Origin: Microbotryum violaceum
Taxonomy: Eukaryota
Direction: 5' to 3'
NCBI GenBank assembly: GCA_001244265.2
Contig: CDLV01000009.1
Coordinates: 186,001 to 250,000, forward strand
DNA length: 64,000 nucleotides
In this document: in pieces, positions 36,910 to 50,477 of the stretch
How positions within the stretch are numbered: the stretch's first letter is position 1
Layout: each line of letters starts with the position of its first letter
The notes under the pieces: generated by a model
What the model was told of the DNA's origin: nothing
Databases searched by the model: none
What the model saw: only the letters and a program-made list of their open reading frames with translations
Made by a program: the position numbers and the translations under genes

Positions 36910-39466
36910 CCAGTGGGAACCCGTTAAATTAACGGAGGATGAAATCCAAAAAATAGCAGGATAATCGAACAGTCTACATGATATCAGCGCAGAGGTTAAG
37001 ACAATACGAAATACAGCAAAGAAACAAAATCCATTCATCTTACATTCATTGCCGAAACAGCCTGCATGTCGCTTGTTGCCGGACTTGGCTTCAAACACTC
37101 GTGCAATGAGATCCGGACGGTTGCATGCTTTATCGGCCCCAGTGCAGCCTTGATTTCCGGTGAGTCGGGGTCGTACGTCATCGTGATGAGCAGCGGAGGC
37201 TTTCCAGGTTTGACAACGCACGCCATCGCATCCTGGTATCGCTGCATGATGTCGCGATTTGGTTCGGGGTCAAGCCGTTGATGCCTTGGGTCGTGGTGAG
37301 GCGTAGGTTCTCTTGATGCAATCGGATGTGTTGAGTCGATCGGTCTCGACTTGGGAGGATATCCGTAAATCACAAACTCCAGGAAGGGACGTTGGGTGGA
37401 ATGCGGGATTGAGAAGTACTCGTTGCGTTTGGCAAGTAGTGCACAAAGAATGGTGAACGCGAGACTCGCCACCTCGACCCCTTTACTTGACCTTCGTCCT
37501 AGGTGTTCAAAAGTTCAATGTCAGTCTGTGCTTGCGCCTTAGACAGAATGGAACATCAGAGAAAGAGCTGAAGAAGCGTACGTTCGCCATCACCATCCTC
37601 TTCGTCCCCTTCCTCGCCGTCTTCATCCTCATTGTCGCGGTCTTCGTCCTCCTGTTCGTCTTCGTCATCCAGACCAAGACCGGCAAGTACCTCGCGCAAT
37701 TGGACACCATTGTCGATCTGCTCTCGGTTTCTGGCGATTGGCGGCCCGGCTTGGTGGAACCCGCAAAGAGGAATGTTGGGGTGGAAGCCATCTTCCCCTG
37801 CAGGAAAAAGTAGTGGGTAACGAAGAGGCATCGCGGACGGATGGAGCGAGCTAACGATTTGGTACTTGGGCCGACCATCGGGACATCGATCACCGTGCAC
37901 CTGGAGAATAAGGTCTTGACGTCCACGATCTCCCTTGTTGGTGTCGGAATCGCATATGAGCATCGCCATTTCCGTGCTCGACGTAGGAAGGTTGTGGGTG
38001 CGTCGGTCTCGGCTGGCCGGAGGCAGAGGCGCAGGATCCACTCTTTGGCCGTATCCCAACCCGCGCGAGGTTTGGCCGATGCGAACTCCCTCACAAAGCG
38101 ATTGCCGGTGCGCAGAATGGACTCGAGCTTGGTCAAAGTAGATCGTTGCATGTGACTGTCTGCGCCGTCGGGTTCAAGTCGAGTGTCGGTGGCCTCGGCC
38201 GGGTCGATCAGCCATGTCTGGGCAAAGGCTGGGCGTTGATTCACGGCAGGGATCAGGGCACCGAGTCAATGATAGAGGCGGCCGAACACACGAAACACGG
38301 GAGGTCCTAGAGTGCCCACTTGGGTTTGGTCCCAGTGGGCAGCGAGCGAAGTAAAGGACAACGCGTTATTGTAAGACCGGGCATTCTCGCGGAATGCTTT
38401 AGCGTCTGTGTAGGTGCATCACACAGTTCAGCATGTGGGCCATACTGCAGAGAGATGTTGTTGGACGGAGCAACTGACCGCTATCCGAGCTTCAAAAAGC
38501 TGCCAATACTCGAGATTGGGCTGGGGAGGGGGAGGTAGCCGCACCTTGCCCTGCGAAAACGTGGGGCTTGAGGGGTTTGAGCGCGATTCGAGCCCGGCGC
38601 ACTCGCCTTTGCGGAGGTGGTGGTGGGGCGAGCCCAGCGTCGAGTTGGCCATCGCGCTGACCACGCTGTCCGTTCTGCACAGCTGCACGGCGGGCTCGTA
38701 TACGTGTCGCAATGCCAAGATCGGTTAAATTGCTGTCATGACGCGCTGGGGGGCTGATTCTGTTGATCGGAGCGGGACGAAGAGGAGGGTCGAGCCGCGG
38801 GGCGCCCAGCAGCGGGCGCTCGAGCTGGCCCATGGTACGGCCCATGGTACGGCGCTATCCTCGCGCCCAAGACTTGGCGAGGTTGCGATGGCCCTCCCTG
38901 GCGACCTTGGGACCGGGGCATTACACAGTAGCGAAGGTTTGTTCTTGAATGAGTGTCACTAAAATTGGGATGAGAGTGGGAGGGAGAAAGGAAAGGTTCG
39001 AGGGAGTGGCGCAGGATTATTTACGTGGTTTGATTTGTTGTTCAGCCCCTAATGCCGCTGGTCGACTGCCGGAATGACACTCCACCGCCGGCGCACCGCA
39101 TCACGTGACAAACGCCAGCCCTCGCCTCGCACGTCAAGCAGAGCTCTGCTGTAGAAGCAATATCATGCAAAGCCACGCGCTTGCAATTCATTAAATGCAA
39201 TATGAGTGGAAGCATTGTTTTATGTGAGCGAAAAAAAGAAGGAAAATACTGGGAGCGCTGTAGCTTCGTTGGAACGGCGCGGAAAATACAAAAGTCACCA
39301 TAGGGCTCGTACATGACTTCTGATCCGAACCCCAACACCACAGGCAGGTGCGGCAGACACAACAGTATGCTGGTACATCCACCACAGGCGGCCCGGAGGG
39401 CCGCAACCTAGTTAAAAACAGCGATTTTAGGTACATTCCTTAACTCACACCTAACTAGTTAGGGTA
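36910..39466 (-). mobile_element. Non-autonomous Helitron copy 2, inverted relative to copy 1
   Basis: Near-identical to about 18859-21387 (same ORF remnants, e.g. the 145-aa MASLAFTIL... ORF). Similarity stops at CTGG (36910) and TACCCTAACTAG (39466). Confidence 0.9.
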
Positions 39467-39695
39467 GCGTGAGGGTGTCAGGGGCCAAACTCAGCCCCTT
39501 CGACGAAGTTATGACGTGATATTGTACTATAGTAAATATATAGATGTAGATCATAGGGCATTCAAATATATGGAGAGTAGAGAATAAAAAACCAGTTGGA
39601 TGAATGAGCAGCGAAAAACGGAAACAAGAGAATGCAGAAGTCTATAATGATGTCTGAAAGTTGGAGTCGATCGAAACAATTTTTTAACCGCACAA

Positions 39696-42600
39696 TCAGA
39701 GCGGCAAAACTCGGGGACCACTTCCTTCGGCTTCCTCCACCTTTTCAGCATCTTCCTTCTGGGGTTCTTGGGTCTTCTTCCCCTTCTTGGAGAAGAAGGA
39801 AGCTGACATCTTGAAGTCGGCGATGCTGAACTGTGGACGAGAAAGGTGATAGGAGATCAGTGCTCGGAACAGTTACCGGGAGCTCTGTAGTCGATGGTGC
39901 GCGCTTACAATGTAGGTCAGAGCGAAGACGGCGAAGTAGTTGAAGCAGATGTAAGCGCAGAAAATGCCGACATCGCGCCATCGATGGCTGTACTTCATGC
40001 CGACGGTGGCCAAGAACTCGTCACCGTTTCGGTAGGTGCAGAAACCGCACGATCCGTTGTCGAGGACCTGGGCGTAACCGCCAGCACGGGAGGTGTAGGC
40101 CGACAGGTAATCGACGCAACCTTGGCCAGCAGGTGGCACAACAACTTGGTACTCTTGCTGGCCGCAAGTGACGGTCTTGCCACCGACAGCGTTGACCACG
40201 AGACCTTCAATCAAGTAGGTGAAAGGCGTCAAGTGATACATCCACGAGGACCAGAACTTGGGCAATTGGGCGACCGGTTGGACAACACCTAGAGGGGGAT
40301 AGCAGGAAATGACGATGGTAAGGATGTAGTTCAACTCCTTGCTGCAAGAGCCTTTGCAATTTTGAGGCACTCACCGTTGAAAATGATGACGAAACTGAAG
40401 AAGCAACTGAACAGAACGGACGCGATCATGCTGTTGGCCGACATAGCGGCAACGAACTGGGCGAAGGAAGCGAAGTACAGCTCAAAAAGAACGGCGTAGA
40501 GCAAGTAAGCGTAGCCGGCGCGATCAGGGCTCGAGTCGAAGCCGCAGGTGAAGTACCAGCACAAGAAAAAGAGCGTTCCGGCGAGGATGTTCCACGGGAT
40601 CTCGGCGACGATGTTGGCAAAGACCATAACGGGCCAATTGTACATCCGCGAGGGGCGCTCGCGGGCAAGGTAGAGCGTGCGGAGACCGATGAACTTGGGC
40701 TGGAGCTGCTGCGACAAGGGGGCTGCCAGCACGACGGCCATGAAGACGGCGAAGAGATTGTTCTGGAGACCACTGAGCGACATGGGCGTCTTGTAGAAAC
40801 TGAAGCCGATGAACAGACCGGCGACAATGTTCAACATGATCTTGGCAACTGCGAGCGTTCATGGAAACGAAGATGTTAGCATCCTGGATCGCATGGCCGC
40901 CGTGCGCGACAGTCCTCGGAAGTTGACGTACTGAGGTAAGTGCTGTCCCTGTAATAGTTGGCAAACACTCTCTGGCAAACAATCTTGAGCTGGGTTCCAG
41001 TGTGCGCAGCGTAGCCTCGGCCAGAGTCAGGGTCGGCGGAAGCAGCTGATTCTCTGTGGGCATATTCGCGGTGGTATTCCTCGATCTCGCGTTGAACAAT
41101 CTTGTTCCTGAAGCAAGATAGCAGAAATCGCGTAAGCTCAGGCCATCTCTGAAAGTCAGAGGAGATATTTGAGACTTACTCGTCAGACTCCTTCCAAAGC
41201 GCGTACCAATCTTGCTTGGTCTTGGCTCCCGCACCAGCTCCGATGACTGGGCAAGTCGATCAACACCGTCCGTCAGCCTTCATGATTTTCTGGGAGAATT
41301 GGAAAACGAGCTCACCTTCGAGAACGTACTCGGCAGGGTTGTCCGACTCCTGGCACTTCATGTCGGATCGATCACCAAAGTACTTGATGAGCGTTTCCGA
41401 GTTCTCGCCGAGGTCACCAAAGTAGACGGTCTGGCCACCCTTTTTGAGTAGGAGCAAGCGATCAAAAACCTGGAAGAGTTCGGACGACGGTTGATGAATG
41501 GTGGCGAGAATGGCTTGGCCGTGATCGGCGAGCTTGCGAAGCAGTTGCATGATAGACCACGAGGACTGCGAGTCGAGACCCGACGACGGCTCGTCGAGGA
41601 AGATGAGCAGCGCCGGCTTGGCAGCGAGCTCGACACCGATGGTGAGACGCTTGCGCTGCTCGACGTTGAGACCCATACCGACTTCACCAACGAGTGCCTC
41701 GGCGTAAGCCTCCATCTCGAGGAGCTTGATGATCTCTTCGACGTAGGCATCCTTGTCCGCGGTCGAAACCGAGGCGGGCTGACGAAGGCGGGCCGAGAAC
41801 TGCAACGCCTCGCGGACGGAAGCAGTCGCCAAATGCGTGTCTTGCTGTTGGCAGTAACCGGTTTCGCGTTGAAAGGAGATGGGGAGAGGCTTGCCGTTGA
41901 CGCACATGTCACCCGTGACGACACCGGTCGTGACGCGCTGAGCGAGAACGTTGAGTAAAGTCGTTTTACCAGCGCCGGATTCGCCCATCAAGCAAGTCAT
42001 CTTGCCCGGTTTGACGTAGCCCGCGACATTGTCGAGCAAGCGCCGCGTCTCGCCCTTGATATGGACATCGTAGCAAACATCGCGCCAAGTGAAAATGTCG
42101 GTCGCCGCCTTGAGTCCCTCGGCGGCTTTCTCCTTTTCCTCGTCAGACAACTTGTGCTCCTCGACACGTTCGGCCGCAGAGCCGGCCTCTTCGTCGCTGC
42201 TATCGGAGACACCTTGGAGGGCGGTTTTGAGCTCCTTGGGTGCCGCTCCACGCTTGAAGATCATGACACCACCGGCGGCGGACTCATCGGGCTGGAACTC
42301 GGACGAGATCAAGTTGACCGCGAGCCAGAAGACGAAGTAACCGAGGACGATGCCCAGGTTGCGCCAAGTGTGGGCGTAGGTGTAGCCAAAGGACGCCTGC
42401 AAATAATCCGCACCAATGACGATCGATTCACCCGTGCGCGAGCCGGCGACGGTGCAGACTTGGTTGGCGAGGGCGACGTTTGCGTAGCCCGCTCCGCTGG
42501 GGACGAGGCCGGCACAAGGGACGTCGAGGGTTCGGACTACGTGAGAAGAACAGGACAAGAATCAGCTTGCCGAACTTTAGTGGCAGTCCAGGTGATGGAT

Positions 42601-45135
42601 TGCATGGGGCGGCTCGACTTACATTCGTTCGCAATGAGGGCCTCGAATCCAAAAGAGACGGGCTGCGCATACGACAGCCAGCGGAACCAAGGCTTCATGC
42701 TGGGGCGAGGGATCGTGTACCCGACGTAGATGGCGATGATTAAGACAAGAATACCGGCCATCATGGTGGCAGGAGGCTGTCAAAGTAGCGTAATGAAGTG
42801 TGCAGGTCAGCTCATGTCCATTCAAACCCCATAGACCGATAAAATGCGCGGATGAACCTCTTTGCGGTTGATGGAGGCGAGCGAACGGAAGAGCGCGAGC
42901 ATGGCTAGATTGGCAGCGAAGGTGAAGAGCAAGAAGACGAAGAACTGTGATGCCGAGTTCTGCAGACCACTCATGAAGTAGAGAATGACGTCGAAGAAGA
43001 AGATGGTGACGAGTTTAAAGGGGATGTCGACCAGGTTGAGCGCAAACATATCGGCTGAAGGATGCAACATCGCGTACTGGCGTTGGCGGACAATGATGGG
43101 ACGCTGACTGAAGGCGGTGGTGATCTCGGCCATGCCGGTGAACGAGTTGTACAGGATCGCGAAGAAGACGACACCACCGCGTGAGAAGAAGCCGGAGGTG
43201 TTCTTAGGCATTTGGAAATAGACCGAACCGATGATGAGAGCTTGGAAGATAGCGGCGATGGTCGTGACCATGAGCGTTGAAAGTTCACCCATCTGTAGCT
43301 GGTATCGACGCTTGCAGGCGAGACGGACTTGCATCGGGTACGAGATGAGGTACTTGGAGTCCTTGCCGAGGTGCTTGGCCTTCTCGAGCTTGGCCGACTC
43401 GCGGAATGCCTCGAGCTGCTCGTGGGCGCCGTCTGATTCGTGATGCTGGAGCGCCTTCTCGACTTCGGCGACGTTCTGCTTGCCGAGCTTGCTCTTGCGC
43501 CAGTGCTCGGCGAACTCGTCCGCCGTCCTGGGCACACGACCTTCGAAGCCCTTACGGACGAATCGACCCTTGGGGTCAGTAACGGCGACACAGAAGTCGG
43601 CCGATGTCTGACGAGGCTGAGGCTCGTAGCCCATGTCGACAAAGTATTGCACCGCGTCTCCCCTGCAAATAGGCAATGTACAAGGCAACGCAGTCAGCTC
43701 CAATTGAGATCAGCCGACCGCCGTTGCCAGTATCGCAGCGCGACTCACATCTTGCCGAAAAAGGCCATGCGACCGTCGTAGATAATGCAGACCTTGTCGA
43801 ACAGCTCGAAGATGTTTTGACCGCACTGGTAGATCGACAAGATCGTCGTCAAGTGCGAGATGTCGGTCGCGATGCGCAAAGCGCGCGTGTACTCGAGAGC
43901 GGTCGAGGCATCGAGACCTCGGGTCGAGTTGTCGTGACAGCCAATCTTGCAGCCCGTCATCAACAGCTCGGCGATCGAGACACGTTTTCTCTCACCTCCG
44001 GAGACACCACGAATGATGTCGTTTCCTACTTTGGTGTTGAGGGTGTGTCGCAGACCAAACAGGGTGACAAGCGTGTCCTTGACGAGGTTGGATCGCTCTT
44101 CGCGAGAGCCCAAGCGGGCACCACTGGCGGGCGTACGCGTTCTGGCGGCAAAGTCGAGGGTTTGACCGACCGTCAGACTGGGAAGATGGTGGTCGTCCTC
44201 AGGGAGGTAGGCGACGTCGCCGGCGTCTACGCGGTGTCAGGGAGAGATCGTCAGCTCCAAAGGATCAGAGACAGGGGCTTCGCACGCGAATGGGGGCGAA
44301 AGAATAATACTCACGATGCTTGCGCATCTCATCGGCTGAGGCACCATCGAACGAGACGGCACCTTCGACCGAAGTGAAAGCCTCGGTATTGTTGGACAGC
44401 GTCTTGAGGAGCGAGCTGCAACCACTCCCAGGTCTATGGACGAGTAACGGGATGGGGGTTGGATGGGGGTTTCAAAACGTCAGCGTCGACGTTGAGAAAA
44501 TCTTGAAAATCGCGACCCGCCAATAATGCTTGTGCGAAGCAGCAAATCACTCACCGTCCGAGAACGAGCAGCATCTCTCCGGGCTTGACCGTTCCCGTGA
44601 AATCGACGAGGATGCTCTTGCGCACGGGGTGGCGCATCGACTTGATCATCGAACCCAGACGGAGCGGTGCGGAGAGCAAGCTACCGAGGGTGTCGCCGTA
44701 GCTGAGGCCACTTCCTTCACCGGTGACGTGGAGAGCCTTGAACGTGACACCGATCTCGCGACGCTGAAGGCCTTGGCTATCGGCCTTGCGGATGAGGTGC
44801 TTGAGGTGGGTCTCAAAGTCAAAGTCTTCGGCGGTCGGGTCCTGCGTCGTGGTGCTATACGAGCTCTGGACTCGCGACAGTCGACGTTCGAGCTCGGCGG
44901 CACCTTCACGGTCAAAGTAGTTGAATGGTTCGTGTCGGGTCGCGGTCGTGGTGCGTTGCAAATCGTTGCGCTCGCCGACGGTCTTGAGAGGGGGGGCGAG
45001 GTTGCCCGGCCCACCTTGCGCGGCTCCATTGGTGGTGCGCTTGTCATGCGCATCGGCGGCGGCGGTCGGGCTCGCATACTCGGCGGGGGTGTTGGGAGCG
45101 CGCGTCTCTTCTGAGGACGAGAATGATCGCGACAT
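39696..45135 (-). CDS. Full-size PDR-type ABCG multidrug transporter (Snq2/Pdr5 family), multi-exon
   Basis: NBD1 GRPGSGCS, VSGGERKRVSIAE, DNSTRGLD; NBD2 GESGAGKTT, LNVEQRKRLTIGVEL; two TMDs and PDR_CDR loops; stop at 39696-39698. Confidence 0.95.
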
Positions 45136-46724
45136 AATCACAGGTGGTGGATGCAAGAGGGGGGAGGTTGGAGCAGGTCAAGGGGTGATTGGGCGGATTG
45201 ACGGAGCGAGGGTGCGATTGCGAGGGTCCGGTTCGACGCGAGGCTGAGCAGGCCCACGGCGCAAAAACCAGAAGGCTTCGGTGACGATCGAGCCGGGGGC
45301 TGGACGGACACCGACGAGCGACCTCGCACGGCGACTGGCGGAAGACTCAATCACTCGCAACGACGGCGATGCAGTAGAGGCAAAGCAGGTGTTGACACAC
45401 TTGCAAGCTGATTAGAGGTAGATCGGGTGCTTGGTCGGGAGGTGGGAGGTGTGCAACAGAGCAAGAGGCAAGAGGGACGGACACTGGCCTCTGCGGTCGT
45501 CTAATCCGTTATATTGAGCCCAGATGAGTCCGAGCTGGGTACGGGCGCGCTGCTGGCGCCGTTCCTGACCTCGGAGATGCTTGCTCGGAGTTGTCGAAAG
45601 CTCGGCCATGATGCATGACGTCCCCGACTCCCGGGACGCGAGCAAAACACCCGCGCGCGGGCATTCAGAGTTACAGTTTTTTGAAGGGCAGCTAAGGTGC
45701 CATCCGTCGCACCTAATTTAACGAGGCACGTCGACATTTTTGGCCCTTCCGTTCATTAGAGAGGTAGAGTAAGGCTCGTGAGCTGGGCGGCCAGTGCCGG
45801 CTGACAGCTTACGAGTCGCTGCGTTCAAACCGAACCTGGAGACGCCAGGCTCCAAATGGTCGCCACTTATGTTGCCCTCAATCCAACAGCCGACCCGCCC
45901 CGGACATTCCGGAAACATCTGCATATCTGCATTCGCTACCTCGTCATTTATCATCGGCGTCATTACCTGTGTACATCCAACTTGCTGCAATATAAAAATC
46001 ACGACAACAAAGTGATAGTGATAAAACTGTTGTGCACCAGCGTAAGCGCCTGCCTGCGGATCTGCCTCGACCCTCGCATACAGTGGACCACCGACGACGA
46101 CCTGCGCGCCCCGCGGCCCGTCAAGCAGTTGCACGCCGAGATGCCGACTCGGAGACGTTGACGGGGCGCTAGGCGCCACCTCTTGGCGCGGCTGGATTCG
46201 TCATCCTCTCCACTTCCGAACAGTTCCTGTGCAAGCCAGGTTTCGCCGAAGCATGGCGAACTAGCGACGTGGCCATCGGGTACGCTTCATTATCGGACGG
46301 CGTTCGCGATCAAAACTTCCTCACCTAGGTATCCAGGCACAGACAGGCATCTTCGATGAGCATGTACTCAGGTAAGTAAATTGGCCTTGGCGCCCTATGC
46401 AAAAAAAGTCAATTGACGGCTCACGATTTCAACGGGCAGCTTCACAGTCCAATGAGTCCATGCCTTCGCATGCTTTGAATACAGTAAACGCAACGTGGCA
46501 GTATTATCATGTTGACCTCTTATGTGTTTTTTTAATTACCAAGATTCCTTTACCGACAACTCGACATAGCACGACGCGGAATCGCACGAGGTATTATGGG
46601 GACAGGGCAGTGTCACTGACCGGATTCAGAATTACACGAGGGATGAATCAAACTTCCGCAAATAAGGATCGAATCAAAAGCCCAAGAGGCCTTGTGCTGT
46701 AAAAGCTTGCCTCCCGCACACAAT

Positions 46725-48489
46725 CTAGTCCCGCTTGCCGAGGGGGCCAGTGGGGAGGATAAAAAAGGACGTGTCGGGCGTCAACAAATTGGCCGCAGCG
46801 ACGTACCAGGCATTCTATGGACGGGGAGCCAAGCAACAGTGTTCAGCTACGTTTTCATGCGAGGAACGTCTTAGGTTGGAGAGCCAACTCACGAAAGCCG
46901 TGATAAGGCCGAATGCACCACCCGCAATCTTGATCGTGGCCGCGTGCGCGACACCGAGTTCAGCAACACCGAGAAGGAGGAAAGTGACTACACGAGAGGG
47001 TGCCAAAATGGGTCAACGGCTTTTCAAGGCTTTGTTGAAGCTCGGTGAAGAGCTCACTCGTCAAGAAGAAGAAGACGCCGGTAAGGGCCACAGACGAACG
47101 AAGCGAGGCGATGAACACTGCAGATGGCATCGGAGAACCATAGTCAGTGATGGGCCACTTATGACAAGTAAAAAATTCTACGAACTGACTGATGAAGGTG
47201 AAGATGAACCAGCCCCAAAGGAAGAAGGCAACACCGGAAGCAAAGTCGGCCTCAACCTTATACGACGACGCGATCGAAGACCAAGGCGAGACGATGAACG
47301 CGTACGAGAGCCAGAAACTGAGCAGGTGAACCCATAGGAGGACCGATCAGTTGAGATTCTGTATCATGGCCAGTAGTCAAGAGAAGCGCGCTTACGCTCC
47401 GTAAGAAGAGAAGGCGGTGGCACCGAAAGTGTTACCGACGGCGAACTCCCACATGCCGGCAAGGAGTTGCGCGAGACCACCGTAGAAGAGAGCGGGGCCG
47501 ACAACAACATTAGGCGTGGCGACACCACGGGCACCAACTAGAGGTAGGACCAAAATAGATCAAGTCAGCATTGCAGCGCACTGAAGCACTGCACCGCACT
47601 AGCCCTCGGGAGTGGAGCCAATTTGCGACGCAGAGAAAAAGCGCAAGTAGGACCTCAGAAGGGATAGGAGAGGTTCCTTACCGTTGATCAAGGACAGCAT
47701 GAAGGTGGTAAGAGCGAAGCCGCACAATCCAAGAGGAGCTATGTGCCGGACATTTAAAAAAGAGTTAGTCAAGCCTTTTACGCTAATATGTCCCCCGGGC
47801 CTCGAGAGCCAGCGGGTACAAAGCGACGACACCCTCGCGTTCGATGATCAACGACGTAAGAGCTTGAGCTCCGCCATCGGACACGGCTTCGTGGTGGGAT
47901 AAGTGCTTACCAGGATTGGCAAATTTCCGGTGGCTGTGGGGTATATGATGAAGAATGGTCAGCTCCGTTACTTGAGACCCCTCTCAAACAGGCCGAGGCC
48001 GGATGACACTCACTAGACAGGGAACGCGGGCTGGGTCTGATCGAGAGGGTGACCTCCGGGAGTAATGTTGCCTGAGACATGGCGAAACACACGAGGATAG
48101 ACGCACGTGACGAAAAGAGCGTCGAGGCCAGAGTGAAGCGCGATGCCGGGCCGGGGAGGAGGCAGGTGAGCAGGCGCGCGAGGTCACGAGGAGCACCAAA
48201 CGAATGGGCCGGCCAACGGGGCCGTGGGCCGGGGTGGGAGAAGCGAGCAACGACGTCAGCACTGCAGCAAGTACTCGGCGGACTTGCTCCTGATCCTTTC
48301 GGGTCCGAAGAGCAGCTAGCATGAAGCTAGTGCCATGGCGGATATAGGGTACAGCGGCACTCTCCCACGCAGCCAGAACCAAGCGCCAGCGGCGACATGT
48401 GACTTACGGTTGCCAAGGTTGGCGCCTCCTTCGTGCGAGAACTTGTAGCCATTTCCGGCCTCGACATCGGGTTGGGAAGGGTTTGACAT
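46725..48489 (-). CDS. Gpr1/Fun34/YaaH (Ady2/Ato) acetate transporter family protein
   Basis: Spliced HRKFANPAPLGLCGFALTTFMLSLIN, FYGGLAQLLAGMWEF..GNTFGATAFSSYG, AGGAFGLITAF; stop at 46725-46727. Confidence 0.92.
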
Positions 48490-48802
48490 GGTCGTAGTGG
48501 GTGAGTTGTAATGTTTGGGTGGGCTGTGGAAAGCAACGGAGTTGGTGTGTGAAGGCAGAGTAGAACTCGGAGTGAACCGCAAGAGGGAGAGGAGAGGCGC
48601 CGTTTGGGAGCAGAGGGGAGGCGCTAGGATCGGAAAAGGTCGAACGCGGTCGAACGCGGTCGAAATGAGCCGAGCCGGGGGGCACCGCGGAGCTCCATTC
48701 AGCCCGCGCCGCTCGCGCTGAAGCTGTGGCTAGCGGGCCAAGCTGGCCCAAGCTCCCGCCCCCGCCTGTTCAGAAATGAGGAGAGCTAAAAACAGCTGCA
48801 CC

Positions 48803-48852
48803 CGATCGCGGGAGTCGAGGACGATCGCGGGAGTCGAGGACGATCGTCCTCG
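48803..48852. repeat. 19-bp tandem repeat (x2.3) ending in an 18-bp perfect palindrome
   Basis: CGATCGCGGGAGTCGAGGA at 48803-48821 and 48822-48840; palindrome CGAGGACGATCGTCCTCG at 48835-48852. Confidence 0.85.
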
Positions 48853-50477
48853 CGGGCCATCTCTCCGCTTTCACGCACACCACTTCTGCGACATCACCCG
48901 ACGCTCGACGATCTAAATTCCTCCGTCGAGGACGGGGCCCCGCCCTAAGCGGAGCCAGCCAAAATGATCGCCTGCTAGGAGTTGGCAGCTCCAAGCGAAT
49001 AACATTCTCGGACAGGGGTTGCTACATAAGTTTTCGGCACCTGTGAATTCTCATACCTCATGGTAGGTGGCCACACCACATTCTACCTGCCCAGACGAAA
49101 AAAAAAAGTCATCTACATCACAATGTCATTTCAGCTGCTCTCTTCTGCCAGGACCCAAGCCTGCGAGCAGCTGTAGAATCCCTCCGGAGAGCGCATGCAT
49201 CACGGTTTTAACCCCGAGCATCCCACGCCTCGATCGGGGTCGAAGCTCACGCTGTTCTGCTTTTCGAACGTGCTGCACTACTGGTCCTCGGTCAGCGTTA
49301 GCACGTCAGCCGCCTGCCAAGTCGGCCGTACCCAAAGGGGGAAGCGCGACTGGCGCCTGCCGCTCGTCGCGCGCGATAATCTCCGACGAATCTGCCCCGC
49401 TTTGTGGCCAGAACCATCGCGAAGCTGATTCGACGATTTCGCCCGATCCACCCCGTCTCGCTCCGCCTGGCGGAGAACTTGGGGATACCCACCAAGTGAC
49501 CAAGATGAGCTGAAGGAATGTGTAAGCAGGGTGCCCTGTTCCTGGATTCACCTTCGTTGTCACAGCTGATAAATCGTGTATCCGACTAGCGCCAAATTTG
49601 TCGTCATTCAATCAAGCCCCGTCAAAACGTCTAGGGCCGCCGCTCAATTGCTTGCACTGCAGTTGGCGTTGATTTCATTCAAAGCGTCACGCGTCTCGCG
49701 TCACGAGCCATGCGAACACTTCAACCCTCCCTGACAGCAGGCGTGCCCTTCCAGGCTCCCGAGGTACCTCAGCTGGCTCGGCGTCATTTAGCTTCATCCC
49801 TGGAGGCGGCCTACGCAGTTGAGAAAATCGATCGCCATTACTTACATTCGACGGCAATTTATCGAGCGGCGAAAGCTTCGAGTTGCCGATTATAGCGATC
49901 GTGGTAGCAGTCCGACTGCTCAAACTCCACTGGAGATGCTGGTACTTTATCCAGTCAACAGAAAGCCGCTGAACCCCTCCCTTAGCCTCTCCGAAGCATT
50001 TAACAGTTTCAGTATATACAAGCTGAGATTAGCCTGAGCCTCATGCTGGAAACAGCTTCGATAGATTCCATCCTTATACTTGTCATTGTCGAATTACGAT
50101 ACATGCCGCAGTGTTCAAATGCTCAACTCGTCATCTCACGAAGGCAAAAGGCAGTCTGACGCAAGGGTAAAGTGAAGGGGAGCTTTAAAATGTGAAGTTG
50201 ATGGATCGGGGTGTTGAGAGGGTAACATGGACCGCCATATGAATTGGATTGCGAGTCTCGATCTGACCTATTGCAGAGAGCCTTCAAGGTTATGATGCGA
50301 TATGAGGTTATCAAGACAGGATAGAAAGGTAGTGAAAAGGTAATGAAAACAAGGTGGATACGTAGGTATGGGACCGGGGGTAGGAGCTGCACAATGCGAT
50401 GCTGTGCGGGCTATGCGAGTGCAAACAACTTTCGGAAAGGGGCCAGAGAATGCCTGCCAGGATAGAAAGCAAGGACA

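Noticed and set aside
45718-46702. ORFs between the ABC transporter and the Ady2-like gene
   Set aside because: Short, overlapping on both strands, with no recognisable domain; likely promoter or terminator DNA.
48638-48852. CRISPR-like repeats
   Set aside because: Eukaryotic context, only 2-3 adjacent units, no spacers and no cas genes.
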